From assembly GCF_020745735.1 (NCBI RefSeq), contig NC_083433.1, forward strand, positions 2,119,363-2,183,362: DNA of 64,000 nucleotides, given 5' to 3'. This stretch comes from Hemiscyllium ocellatum. Its lineage: Eukaryota. Under the pieces are notes generated by a model. The model made no database searches. It had not been told where the DNA came from and worked only from the letters and a program-made list of their open reading frames with translations. Shown in pieces: positions 38,128 through 64,000 of this stretch (position 1 is the stretch's first letter; every line of letters begins with the position of its first letter). Both the position numbers and the translations under genes were made by a program.

Positions 38128-40505
38128 ATGAAACCTACCCTCTTTCTCTTTGGCCTCTGCCTAACAGCGACATGGACATCAATGCAGACCAGTAACACCA
38201 CCAGCGGCGCACCCCCTACTCTCCAAGGGCCTACAAGCAACTCTAGTGCAGCCACCGCGGAGACGTGGATAAAAACAGGCACCCCCGCGATGACTTCACA
38301 CTCTACAGATGTTACTACTAAAATGACTAATGGTTTTGTGAGTATGGCACCACGTATTGCTTCTGATGGCCCCATTGGTACAGTAATAGTCCCGAGGGAT
38401 CTTGTGAGTACTATGAGTGACAATATGACTATTAGCACCCCCCCCAATGAGTTTATCACTGCCCAGAGTGATAGGTACCCAGTCTAATAATATAAGTGAG
38501 TCCAGTCAGACCCTAGTTACCCCTTGCAACCTCATCAGGGATTGGTGGGTGTGGAGACAGGAGACTAGCATAACGCTGAATAACACAGGCCCCACGAGAA
38601 TAGTTCAGGTCAGAGTGAATGCCACGTGTGATCGTCATGGCCCAGGTAACAGTGGGTTTAACCAGACAATTTGTCCCTTGGTCGGTTTTCCTGACTTCTC
38701 AGGCCACTTCTAATTATAGCAGCATAGTCGTCCAAAATATTGCCTGGTCACAGGATTGCGTAGAGCATTTGCAAAACCTAACAGGACTTCAACAGTGGTG
38801 CCCTGGATATAATATTACAATTCTGGATGCCAGGACAGAATGTCCCTGTAATATAACAATTCATAATACTGGCATCTGCCAGGAAGTAATGTATGTATGC
38901 CTACGAGGAAATGGCACCAAATCCGAGGATACCTATACTTACTTAAATGATACACGCACGTGCTGCCATGCCTTTGTGAATAATACTGCAGCGGACCCCA
39001 GAGACTATTTGTTCAACTTTCCCGGTTACTTAAAATCAAAAAATCTCGCCCGCACACTGTACCGTTTTCTTAAGACCCACCGAAAGAAAAGAAGCAATTT
39101 ACCGGAAGCAACGAGCCTTACCGGCAACATCTTTACTGGCTTCCTTGAAAAAGTAAAAACTCATCTTGACAATCAGACTGATGAAGGAAAGAATACCAAA
39201 GTAGTCTGTGTCCCAGGCCCACACTCGGTAGGGTCCGGATTCCTCATGATGGCGGCCCCTACTGGTCAGGATGAATTATGCAGTCTTACCTACAGGCGTA
39301 CCCAACAAACCCCAAAAATTATTCCCTATAGAGACATTTCTGACCAATACCCAATCCAGTATGGTTACCTCAGGCGTTGCTATGACACCTGGCAAGTGGT
39401 ACCAAAAGGTTTTGTAGTAGCGGTGGTGCCAGAATTTAAATGGTGCATTCATAGTGATACAGGAAAACATGCCATGGGAGACTTAGAAGACAGTAGATGC
39501 CAGGTAATAATATCTCATGATCAAACCAAGTCAGACCCCTTTGGGGGCCTCCCGGAGGACGATTGGGACCTTTGTGTTAATGAAAAGACTCGTCCCGACG
39601 CCCCTACAAGCCGCATGGGTGCTGTCCTCTTCCATGCTAAACACTGTATTACGCCTGCACTTAACGGGACATTTTAGTTATGCAATCACACAGCCTATGA
39701 ATACCTACCCATTAACTTTAAGGGCACCTGTGCGTTGATATATCACCTCCCAGCATTCCGGTTATTGAATTCAACCCCAGAGGTTAACAGCGAATGGAAG
39801 AAGTGGCATGATCTTAATTCAAATTACAAACCTCATGCTTGAGGCAGGAGAGATCTGTTCCACCAACAGACATTTTGGAGCAGATTCTTTGGCGCCCTTC
39901 TGCCCAATTATGGGGTCATGCAAGCTCTGGACCAGATTCGTGATCTCAGTCACGAGCTTGAGGAAATGGCTAAGGCCACTGCTGATGCCCTGGGTCATTT
40001 GGAACACGAGCAGACTGCCCTGTGAATGATGACCTTACAGAATAGGATGGCTTTAGATTATCTCTTAGCAAGCCAAGGGGGAGCATGTGCAGTTATTGGC
40101 CCGGAGTATTGTACCTATATTGAGGATGAGAGCTCGGCTGTATATAATGACACTTCACTAATTAACGATGTTGCCACTAAAGCATATGATCTGGACCACA
40201 CAGACTCAAAGGAGACCTGTGCCTGGTGGAACCTACTGTGTCAGCTGTTGGGATGGCTAAAGTCTATTGGGCTGGACATTCTCTCCATTCTGGCCATCAT
40301 TCTTGGCATTTGTATTAGTATCCGAATCGCTTGGGCCCTTATTAAGAGAAGTTGTCAAACTTGTCCCGCATGACGCCGATGTAGAAAGGAGACAAGCCCA
40401 ATATGGACACAGGAGGAAGGATTGACACCTACACTTTTGACTGATGGCAATTTAGATGTAGAAACAGAAAAAGAGTTTGCTCGACTTCAACGTATTAATA
40501 TTTGA
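38128..40505 (+). pseudogene. env: ERV env with 2 frameshifts and 3-4 in-frame stops
   Basis: Splice acceptor at 38089; signal peptide MKPTLFLFGLCLTATWTS; S/T-rich stalk; RKKR at 39081; (R)GRR at 39840-39851; ISD LQNRMALDYLLASQGGAC; CX6YC; TM anchor; frame stays open from the TGA at 40371 to the TGA at 40503. Confidence 0.9.
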
Positions 40506-40536
40506 AGGTTATCATAAAATGATAAAAAGGGAGGAA

Positions 40537-41262
40537 TGATAAGTTGGAAATAGATATAGTGACCATATAGAAAATGGAGCTTAGAATGTTAACTAAAATG
40601 GCTGAAGCACATTGGCTGTATTGCCCAGCATGCTGAGCAAAACAAATTGCTAACACAGCAACTTGTAAGGATCCTTGCACAGGCTGGGTAAACATGTCCA
40701 ATCCCACAGATCTGAGAATGACATAGTACATAGCACTAGGTCAAAGGGCAGCCATCAGAGGAGTACTGGTGCCTTACGGTCTAGCTGTAACACAGTAATG
40801 AGGTTTGAATGTTTACATTTAAAAGCATCTCTGAGATTTGACTGTTATTTTGAAAAGCAAGAGAAAATAATGGGGACTAATGTCTGACTTTAAAGATAGT
40901 GTTAATATCTTAACCAGATGGCTGCTGGTGTCTGTGTGTTAGATTTAGAGCATTTTTGATGTGTAAGCTTACAATTAAGTATACTTTGATTAATATGCTT
41001 TGCGATAGCTTAATGACACGGGACTCTGTATTGCGTGAGAAGTTATGTATAAATGTAACAACTTTCCCTATCAACGGTGAGAGAATCCACTCTTTAGTAC
41101 CCAGCGTGGTCTAAGTGGCTTTTCTCCCAGGATTGTTTGTATATTCGTATACTGACAGTCTTGAATAAAAACAGTGCTGTTGAAATGTGTTAATCAAGTG
41201 GTGGTTCTCTGTTCTTGGACAGGCGTTCACAGGAAGCCAGGTAACGTGGCTGAGCTTTCACA
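40537..41262 (+). repeat. 3' LTR, full length 726 bp
   Basis: Follows the PPT; TATAAA at about 41048; AATAAA at 41164; ends ...ctttcaCA before the TSD. Confidence 0.95.
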
Positions 41263-41266
41263 CAAC

Positions 41267-41500
41267 CAGCACCCACCCAGACCCATTCCCCCTAACACAA
41301 CGGGCAATTTAGCATGGCCAATTCACCTGACCTGCACATCTTTGGACTGTGGGAGGAAACCGGAGCACGCGGAGAAAACCCACGCAGACACGGGGAGAAC
41401 ATGCAAACTCCACACAGTCTGTCACCTGAGGTGGGAATTGAACCTGGGTCTCTAGCGCTGTGAGGCAGCAGTGCTAACCACTGTGCCACTGTGCCGCCCA
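41267..41500 (-). mobile_element. HE1-like SINE 5' part
   Basis: tRNA-like head at 41440-41499 on -. Confidence 0.9.
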
Positions 41501-42200
41501 CTCTCCAGACTTCCTTTACAAAGGCATATTCCAGAGGGGATGTCTCTACCCACTGCAGCGCCTTCGAGGGCAGCATGTGATGGTGCATAGAGTCAAGGTG
41601 TACATGAAGGATCTCACAAGTAAAGCCCTTCTCACCACCAGCCAAGTGATGTCTTGGCACTTGTTCAAAAGTTCTGGCGCTGAGGCATTCTGTCAAGTGA
41701 CTGACAGTCTGCTCAGGTAACAACCCAACAGTATCCACCATCTCCTTTTCACATAGGGTCTCAAGGATGCTACATGCTACCACTTCCTGATGGACTTGTG
41801 GTCAAAGGTGTTTTTCTTTGAAAATTTCTCCACAAAGAACAGGTTTGACATGCCGCTGAGCACAGTCCCACCCTTTGCAACAACGGGCAGGTAGAGCCTT
41901 AGTACGTAGTGACACCTGTGTACCCAGGATCTGCGTTCAGCTTAATGCAACCACACAAAGGTGTCCATCAGGATAAGGGCAGCATTTGGATTCTGTGTGT
42001 ATGTTCTCCCCCTCCCCCCATCCATCTTAACCCTCCACATGAAGTGGAAGATGGCTCAGATGACTGCAATGGCACAGGTTCAAAGAATGGGCCAGACCTG
42101 TGCCACATCCAACAATCAAAAGTATCTCATACCTGATGATCAGGTTTTTATTTGCAATGGGAAAGGGAAAGGAAGTTCTTACTCCTGATCCTAATGGCCT
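41500..42200 (-). mobile_element. Tx1/L1-clade LINE fragment
   Basis: ILETLCEKEMVDTVGLLPEQTV, LEYAFVKEVWR. Confidence 0.65.
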
Positions 42201-42957
42201 AAAGGATGGATTAAAGTGGGAAAAATACACCCTATGGAGAATTTGCGATCAATTTTAATTAGCACCTTGTTATAGCTTGTCTGAATGAACCTTTGCTCCT
42301 TTACATGACCCCTCATCCCTTTTGCTCTTTAATCTCTCCTGCCCTCCATCTGAACACACATGGTGGGAGAGGACAGCAATAGGTGAAGTGTAAACATAAA
42401 AACAGAAACAGAAAATGCTGGATATACTCAGCAGAGACTAAAAAATGCAGGTGCGGGTATCCAAGGTAGACAGGCAGAGGCCGGAAGAACACACGAAGCC
42501 AGGCAGCATCAGGAGGTGGAGAAGTTAATGTTTTGAGTATAACCCTTCTTCAAAACTGGGGATAGGTGTGGGGGAGAGGCTGGTGAGGTGGGAATAGGTG
42601 AACACAGGTAGAGGGTATAACCTGGTTGGTCAATGGGAAGAATGAATCCAGTCACCGCCCATTTTAATTCCCCTTCCCACTCCCTTACCAACATGACCAC
42701 CCTTTGCCTCCTCCATTGCCACAACGAATCAGACCGCAAATTGGAGGAACAACACCTCATCTTCCACCTGGGCAGCCTACAGCGGAGGACTCAACACTGA
42801 GTTCTCCAATTTCACATAACCTCTCCCCCGACTCCCTTCCCAGCCCCTTCCCCTCCATTCCATTCCATTCCTCTGATCGATCTTTCCTTCCTGCCACAAC
42901 CAGATTCGTTCCTCCCATTAACCAAACAGGTCGTACCCTCTACCTGTCTCCACCTAT

Positions 42958-44227
42958 TGTAGCGGGTCCTGTTCCTGCTTTACTCCGCGCTGAGTCGGTA
43001 TCTGACAGGGTGGCCACCTGCGCGTGTCTCGCACCAGCTGGTTCTAGGAACCGGGGAAATCCCACACTATGGGATTCCCTCTGGGGCGAGCGCTGAGTCA
43101 AAACTGCTGCAGGCTGCACAGCAAGTCTGACCCTTATATCACCCAGGTAACCCACTGCCACCAATACTCAGGCGATTCTCCCTTCCGTCAGTGGATTAAT
43201 GGCCACCCCGTTGTCTACCCACTCGGGCAGTTTCCCCGGAAGAGAGAAAAGGACTGGGCTGTTTATGCCTGACCAGACCCAGTCCTGAGTGGACGGCTTC
43301 GAGGTGTCCCAGGAAAAACCCTAGATTCTTGACTCCGGAATTATGGCAAAGCCTTTTGAAACACCGTGACTTTACCAGAGGTCCGTGGTGAGGGTGCAAT
43401 GGAGCAAACAAGACGCAGAGGGACAGTCCAACACCATTTTATTATCAACACCCACCAGAACCCGTAAGAAAGACAAACATTAGACACTATACAGTTTACT
43501 ATGACTATGGGAACAAGATGCTAACGCACACAACGTAAGGCCTTACTTTACACAAGTTAGCAATGCTTATAACTATGACAGTGGAGAACCCCCTTTCCCA
43601 CAAAGCCTCAACCACTGATATGGTTCTCGGAAAACGCCACGCTTCTGGGTAAGAAACTTACAGCCAGGCTTGAAATTGAGTGTGAGGGTGAACAGCAGAC
43701 CTGTCCCAGCAGCCAGCGAAGAGAGAGGGAGAGAGAGATCTGTTCCAGCAGTCAGGAGAGCCCCCCGGAGAGAGCCCAGGTACCTCTGCAGTTATAGTCT
43801 GGAAATGCCCCCAGGGCACTGGCCATGTCCGATGTGTTTTCCACCTCCCTACTGTGCAGGTGAGATGACCTCCGTGGCTGTGTCCATTGTTTCATAATCT
43901 CTCCGTTTGCTAACACGGAGGTGCTAATGGCTCTCTTCTGTTCTCCTGAGCCTAGCCCAGACATCGTGACTCCAGGCTTTGTTGGCTTATCAGGCCTGCA
44001 TAGTGGCCACTTCCCCCCTCCAATACACTTAGGTGTCTGGCTGATTCCTGCCAGAACACCTTGGGGGCTGGGCTCTCTTTTGTACAGGCACAGAGATAGC
44101 AGCCAGCTGAGCCTGCTGGGAAATCATGTCAAGCTTTCAGAAAAAGGTGGCTGCTCTGTCCATTTTAGCTGCTTTTCCCAGGTTCCACTGCTTGCTCCCT
44201 GCTTCTGTGTTGCCCGAAATTGCTACA
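42958..44227. mobile_element. Solo LTR (1270 bp) inserted into a Penelope-derived remnant
   Basis: TGTAGC...GCTACA inverted termini; 4-bp TSD CTAT (42954-57 / 44228-31); AATAAA on - at about 43438 suggests minus orientation. Confidence 0.85.
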
Positions 44228-45023
44228 CTATCCCCACCTCACCACCCTGCCTCTCACACACATTATCTGCAGCACCCCCCACACCTACCCCCAGTCCTGA
44301 AGAAGTGTTACTCCCGAAACGTTGACTTCTCCACTTCCGGATGTATTCAGCAGGCCTGGCAGCATTAGTGGAGAGACATTGAGAGTTTATGATCTCCTCT
44401 TCTGGTGTTCCCAGTAGAATAAAAGTAGCAGTAAAGGTGGTAAGGTTGGAAAGGTGTACTGTTGGAGGCGTATAGAGTCGAGAGTGTAGTGCTGGAAAAG
44501 CACAGAAGGTAAAAACAATGACTGCAGATGCTGGAAACCAGATTCTGGATTAGTGGTGCTGGAAAAGCACAGCAGTTCAGGCAGCATCCGAAAAGCACAG
44601 CAGGTCAGGCCGCATCTGAGGAGCAGGAGAATTGACATTTTGGGCATAAGCCCTTCATCAGAAAGGGTTTATGCCTGAAACATCGATTCTCTTGCTCCTC
44701 TGATGCTGAGTGACCTGCTGTGCTTTTCCAGAACCACACACTCCACTCTGATCTCCAGCATCTGCAGTCCTCACTTTCTCTTGGAGGTGTTGAGTACAAA
44801 TATAGGGATATGATGATGAAACTGGATAAGCCATTGGTGAGGCCACAGCTGGAGTATTGTGTGCAGTTCTGGTCACATTAGAGAGAGGACATAATTGATC
44901 TGGAGAGAGTGTAGTTAAGATTTACTAGACTGTTGCCAGGTTGGAGAATTGTTGCTATGAGGAGAGATTGGAAAGTTTGGCGTTGTTTTCTTTGAAACAA
45001 AGATGACTGAGGGGTGACATAAA

Positions 45024-46235
45024 GTCATAGAGATGCACAGCACAGAAACAATCCCTTCAGTCCAATCCATCCATGCCGACCAGATATCCCAACCCAATCT
45101 AGTCCCACCTGCCAGCACCCAACCCATATCCCTCCAAACCCTTCCTATTCATATATCCATCCAAATGCCTTTTAAATGTTGTAATTGTACCAGCCTCCAC
45201 CACTTCCTCTGGCAGCTCATTCCGTACATGTACCACCCTCTGTGTGAAAAAGTTGCCCCTTAGGTCTCTTTTATATCTTTTCCCTCTCACTATAAACCTA
45301 TGTCCTAGTTCTGGACTCCCCCACCCCAGGGAAAAGACCTTGTGTATTTACCCTATCCATGCCCCTCATGATTTTATAAACCTCTACAAGGTCACCCCTC
45401 AGCCTCTGACGCTCCAGGGAAAACAGCCCCAGCATGTTCAGCCTCTCCCTATAGCTCAAATCTTCCAACACTGGCAACACCCTTACAAATCTTTTCTGAA
45501 CCCATTCAAGTTTCACAATACCCTTCCGACAGGAAGGAGACTAGAATTGTACGCAATATTCCAAAAGTGGCCTAATCAATGTTCTGTACAGCCGCAACAT
45601 GACCTCCCAATGTCTGTACTCAATACTCTGACCAATACAGAAAAGCATACCAAACGCCTTCTTCACTAGTCTATTTACCTGAGACTCTACTTTCAAGGAG
45701 CTATGAACCTGCACTCCAAGGTCTCTTTGTTCAGCAACACTCCCTAGGACCTTACCATGAAGTGTATAAGTCCTGTTAAGATTTGTTTTCCCAAAATGCA
45801 GCACCTCTCATTTATCTAAATTAAACCCATCTGCTACTTCTCAGCCCATTGGCCCACCTGATCAAGAACCCATCGTAATCTGAGATAACCTTCTTCACTG
45901 TCCACTACACCCACAAGTTTAGTGTCATCTGCAAACTTACTAACTATACCTCTTCTGCTCACATCCAGATCATTTATATAAATGACGAAAAGTAGTGAAC
46001 CCAGCACCGATCCTTGTGGCACTCCACTGGTCACAGGCCTCCAGTCTGAAAAGTAACCATTCACCACCACCCTCTATTGTCTACCTTCAAGCCAGTCCTG
46101 TACCCAAATGGCTTGTACTCCCCGTATTCCATGAGATCTAACCTTGCTAACCAGTCTCCCATGGAGAATCTTGTCGAACGCCTTACTGATGTCCATCTAG
46201 AACACATCTACTGTTCTATCCTCATCAATTTTCTT
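45024..46235 (-). mobile_element. CR1 (HER1-like) 3' fragment
   Basis: RT ORFs 45834-46070 (GVPQGSVLG, FADD), 45541-45804, 45298-45516; tail at 45024. Confidence 0.93.
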
Positions 46236-46869
46236 TGTTACTTGTTCAAAAAATGACTGAGATATACAAAATTGTGAGGGGTGAAGATACACGGAGGAAT
46301 GTGTTTCCCTTAGCTGAAAGTTCAAAAACCAGGGATCATAGATTCACGCAAAGTGGCAAAAGGACGAGGTCATGTGAGGAAAAACGTTTTTACACAGTTG
46401 GTGGTGGGTGTCTGGAATTCACTACTCCTGAGTTGGTGATGGAGACAGAAACCTCAAATAATACCTGGATCTGCACCTTGAGTGCTGGAAGCTGCAGGGC
46501 TGTATGCATGAAGGAAGGGCATTGGGGTGTCTTTGGGTCAGCATGACAAGATTGGTCAAACGGCCACCTTCTTTGCTGGATCATTTCGATGGTTCTATGA
46601 AGTGTAGGTATTAAAGGTGTGTGTAAACAGCAGAAAATGCGGCAGCTCTCCTGAGACATTCCTGATGAAGGGCTCATGCCCGAAACCTCGATTTCCCTGC
46701 TCCTTGACCTGCTGGCTTTTCCAGCGCCACACTTTTCAATCCCGATCTCCAGCATCTGCAGTCCCCACTTTCTCAGAGCTCTCCTGAGACCAAACCCATG
46801 AGATATGTCTGGCAAATGAGGTGGAGCTTAGGGTTAATTGAGATGGAGGAAACAGTTCAGAGAACACTC

Positions 46870-48095
46870 TCATGCCCCAGGGTGCACCTCCATACCCAGG
46901 GTACACCCCCATGCCCCAGGGTGCACCTCCATACCCAGGGTACACCCCCATGCCCCAGGGTATAGCCCCCATGCCCCAGTGTACATGTCCGTGCTCCAGG
47001 TTACACTTACCTAGGATACACCCCCAAGCACCAGGATACACTCACCCAGGGCACACCCTCATGTCCCAGGTGACACTCACCCAGTGTACAATGTCATGCC
47101 CCTGGGTTCACTCATACAGAGTGCACCACCATTACACCTGGAACACCCAGACAGGGATACCTCCATCCCCTGGGCACACTCACCAGGGTACAACCCCATG
47201 CCCTATGGTACACTCACCCAGGATACATCCTCATGGTCCACGGTACACCCCAATGCCACATGGTACTCTTACCCAGGGTACGCCTCCATGCCCCAGGGTA
47301 CACTCACCCAGGGTTCACTCCCATGACTCAGGTGACACTCACCCAGCGTACAATGTCATGCCTCTGGGTACACTCATACAGAGTGCACCACCATGACACC
47401 TGAACACCCATGCAGGGATACACCCATGCCCCTGGGTACACTCATACAGAGTGCACCACCATGACCCCTGGAACACCCACACAGGGATACCTTCATCCCC
47501 TGGGCACACTCACCAGGGTACAACCCCATGCCCTATGGTATACTCACCCAGGATACATCCTCATGGTCCAGGGTACACCCCAATGCCACATGGTACTCTT
47601 ACCCAGGGTACCCCTCCATGCCCCAGGGTACACTCACCCAGGGTTCACCCCCATGCTCCATGGTACACTCACCCAGGGCACACCCTCATGACTCAGGTGA
47701 CACTCACCCAGCGTACAATGTCACCCTGGGTACACTCATACAGAGTACACCTCCATGACACCTGAACACCCATGCAGGGATACACCCATGTCCCTGGGCA
47801 CACTCATCCAGGGTACATCCTTATGGTCCCCGTGTACCCTCACCCAGGGTACACCCTCATAGCCCTGTGTACACTCACCCAGGGTACACCCTCATAGCCC
47901 TGTGTACACTCACCCAGGGTACACCCCCATGCTCCATGGTGCACTCACCCAGGGTACACCCCCATGCTCCATGGTACACTCCCATGTCCCAGGGTACACC
48001 CCCATGCTCCATGGTGCACTCACCCAGGGTGCACCCCCATGCTCCATGGTGCACCCCCATGTCCCATGGTGCACCCCCATGTCCCAGGGCACAGC
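46870..48095. repeat. Complex C-rich minisatellite (cacccagggtacacccccatg...) directly upstream of DDX47, with higher-order duplications
   Basis: Visible tandem modules; 47110-47400 is duplicated at about 47440-47760. Confidence 0.9.
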
Positions 48096-48129
48096 CCCAA
48101 TGCTGCTCAGTCTCAGGACTACATCTCCC

Positions 48130-48174
48130 AGAATCCGCCGCGCGGCGCATGTGCGGAGTGTCTCCGGGAGGAAG

Positions 48175-48180
<6 letters not shown>
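48130..48180 (+). promoter_or_regulatory. DDX47 CpG-rich core promoter with NRF1-like (GCGCATGTGCG) and YY1-like (AAGATGGCG) motifs
   Basis: Motifs at about 48146-48155 and 48172-48180. Confidence 0.6.
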
Positions 48181-62708
<14,528 letters not shown>

Positions 62709-63169
62709 TGATTCCTGGAAGGTGGTGGAGCAGAGATTGATGCTCTCTCTGTGACAGTAACGTATTCCCAAAGACCCTCTGAAAATACCGGTGTGCTCAG
62801 GCACCCCAATTCATTACCAAATCCACTGACGCCCCCAGGAAAAGGATGATATCTAGTTCTCACTGTTGCTAGGACATTCTCTGGCTGTTGGTTGTGGAAT
62901 CTTGATATGCACATTGGTTGCCTGGTCATAGAGGCATAGATAAGTACATCACAGAAGTAGACTCTTTGGTTTAATTTGTTCAGACCGACCTAACCTAATC
63001 TGATCTAGAGACGAGTTGAGTGGTGTTGGAAAAGCACAGCAGGTCAGGCAGCATCTGAGGTGCAGGAAGATGGACGTTTCAGGCAAACTGTTGGCGCACT
63101 GTAGTTTGGTGCACTGACCTCTATACTGCTGAAGCCAGGCGTTAATGCAAAGACACCTCCTACCGTCCC

Positions 63170-63590
63170 CTTGACCATGACGTCACCCCCTACAGCCAAA
63201 CCATCATCTCCAAGATCATCCACAACCTCATCACCTCAGGGGATCTCCCCCACACAGCTTCCAACCTCGTAGTTCAGGAATCCTGCACCACCGATTCTAC
63301 CACCTGACTACCCCGGCCGACCCATCGTCTCGGCCTGCTCCTGCCCCACCAGATTCATCTCCACTTCTCCATCTACCTCGATACTGTCCTATTCCCACCC
63401 CCCCCCCCACCCCTCCCCCCCCACCCCATCATTCCCGGAACTCCCCACATACATTCGAGACACCACCCACGCCCTCCACCTCCTCTAAGACTTACATTTC
63501 CCTGGCTCCCAACACCTCTTCACCATGACATCCAGTCCCTCTACACCTCCATCTGCCATGACCAGGGCCTCCAAATCCTCTGTTTCTTCC
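63170..63590 (+). mobile_element. Penelope-like RT fragment
   Basis: PGRPIVSACSCPT and PTYIRDTTHAL motifs. Confidence 0.7.
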
Positions 63591-63593
63591 CCT

Positions 63594-64000
63594 CATAGAG
63601 ATGTACAGCATGGAAATAGACCCTTCGGTCCAACCCGTCTATGCCGACCAGATATCCCAACCCAATCTAGTCCCACCTGCCAGCACCTGGCCCATATCCC
63701 TCCAAACCCTTCCTATTCATATACCCATCCATGTGCCTCTTAAATGTTGCAATTGTACCAGCCTCCACCACTTCCTCTGGCAGCTCATTCCACACATGTA
63801 CCACCCTCTGTGTGAAAAAGTTGACCCTTAGGTCTCTTTTATATCTTTCACCTCTCACCCTAAACCTGTGGCCTCTCGTTCTGGACTCCCCGACCCCAGG
63901 GAAAAGACATTGCCTATTTACCCTCTCCATGCCCCTCAAAATTTTGTAAACCTCTATCAGGTCACCCCTCAGCCTCCGACGCTCCAGGGAAAACAGCCCC
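63594..64000 (-). mobile_element. CR1 3' end (runs off window)
   Basis: ORF 63667-63939 and tail. Confidence 0.92.

Larger units (their letters stand above)
33451..41262 (+). mobile_element. Defective endogenous retrovirus (class I, epsilon-like), gag and most of pro deleted
   Basis: TG...CA termini; TSD CAAC (33447-33450 / 41263-41266); two LTRs; PPT aaaaagggaggaa at 40524-40536; RT, RNase H, IN and gamma-type TM env. Confidence 0.96.

Overview
Vertebrate genomic DNA, most likely a shark or other elasmobranch, judging from HE1-type tRNA-derived SINEs and CR1/HER1-type LINEs. It is repeat-dense and holds three host genes. (1) A complete 5-exon oncomodulin/beta-parvalbumin-like gene on + (CDS join 18852-18912, 23468-23600, 23897-24006, 24721-24746; 109 aa). 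(2) A single-coding-exon RING/B-box/coiled-coil/NHL TRIM gene, TRIM56-like, on - (30523-28550), with an ISRE plus GC boxes just upstream. (3) The first five coding exons of DDX47 on + (from 48175). Between TRIM and DDX47 lies a defective endogenous retrovirus (33451-41262, 4-bp TSD CAAC) whose LTRs are almost identical. A deletion fuses its 5' LTR directly to pol. Its pol carries an intact 2H (double HxT) phosphoesterase-like domain in front of an intact RT, while RNase H, IN and env are decayed. The ERV is part of a four-level nest (Tx1/L1 LINE > HE1 SINE > ERV > CR1). More than 15 short Penelope-derived repeats carry minimal type-I hammerhead ribozyme cores (CTGANGA-stem-GAAA) in at least three covarying subfamilies, often as head-to-head pairs with TSDs. 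The window also has solo LTRs, RTE and Penelope fragments, several minisatellites and three N runs. All calls were made by eye, without database searches.
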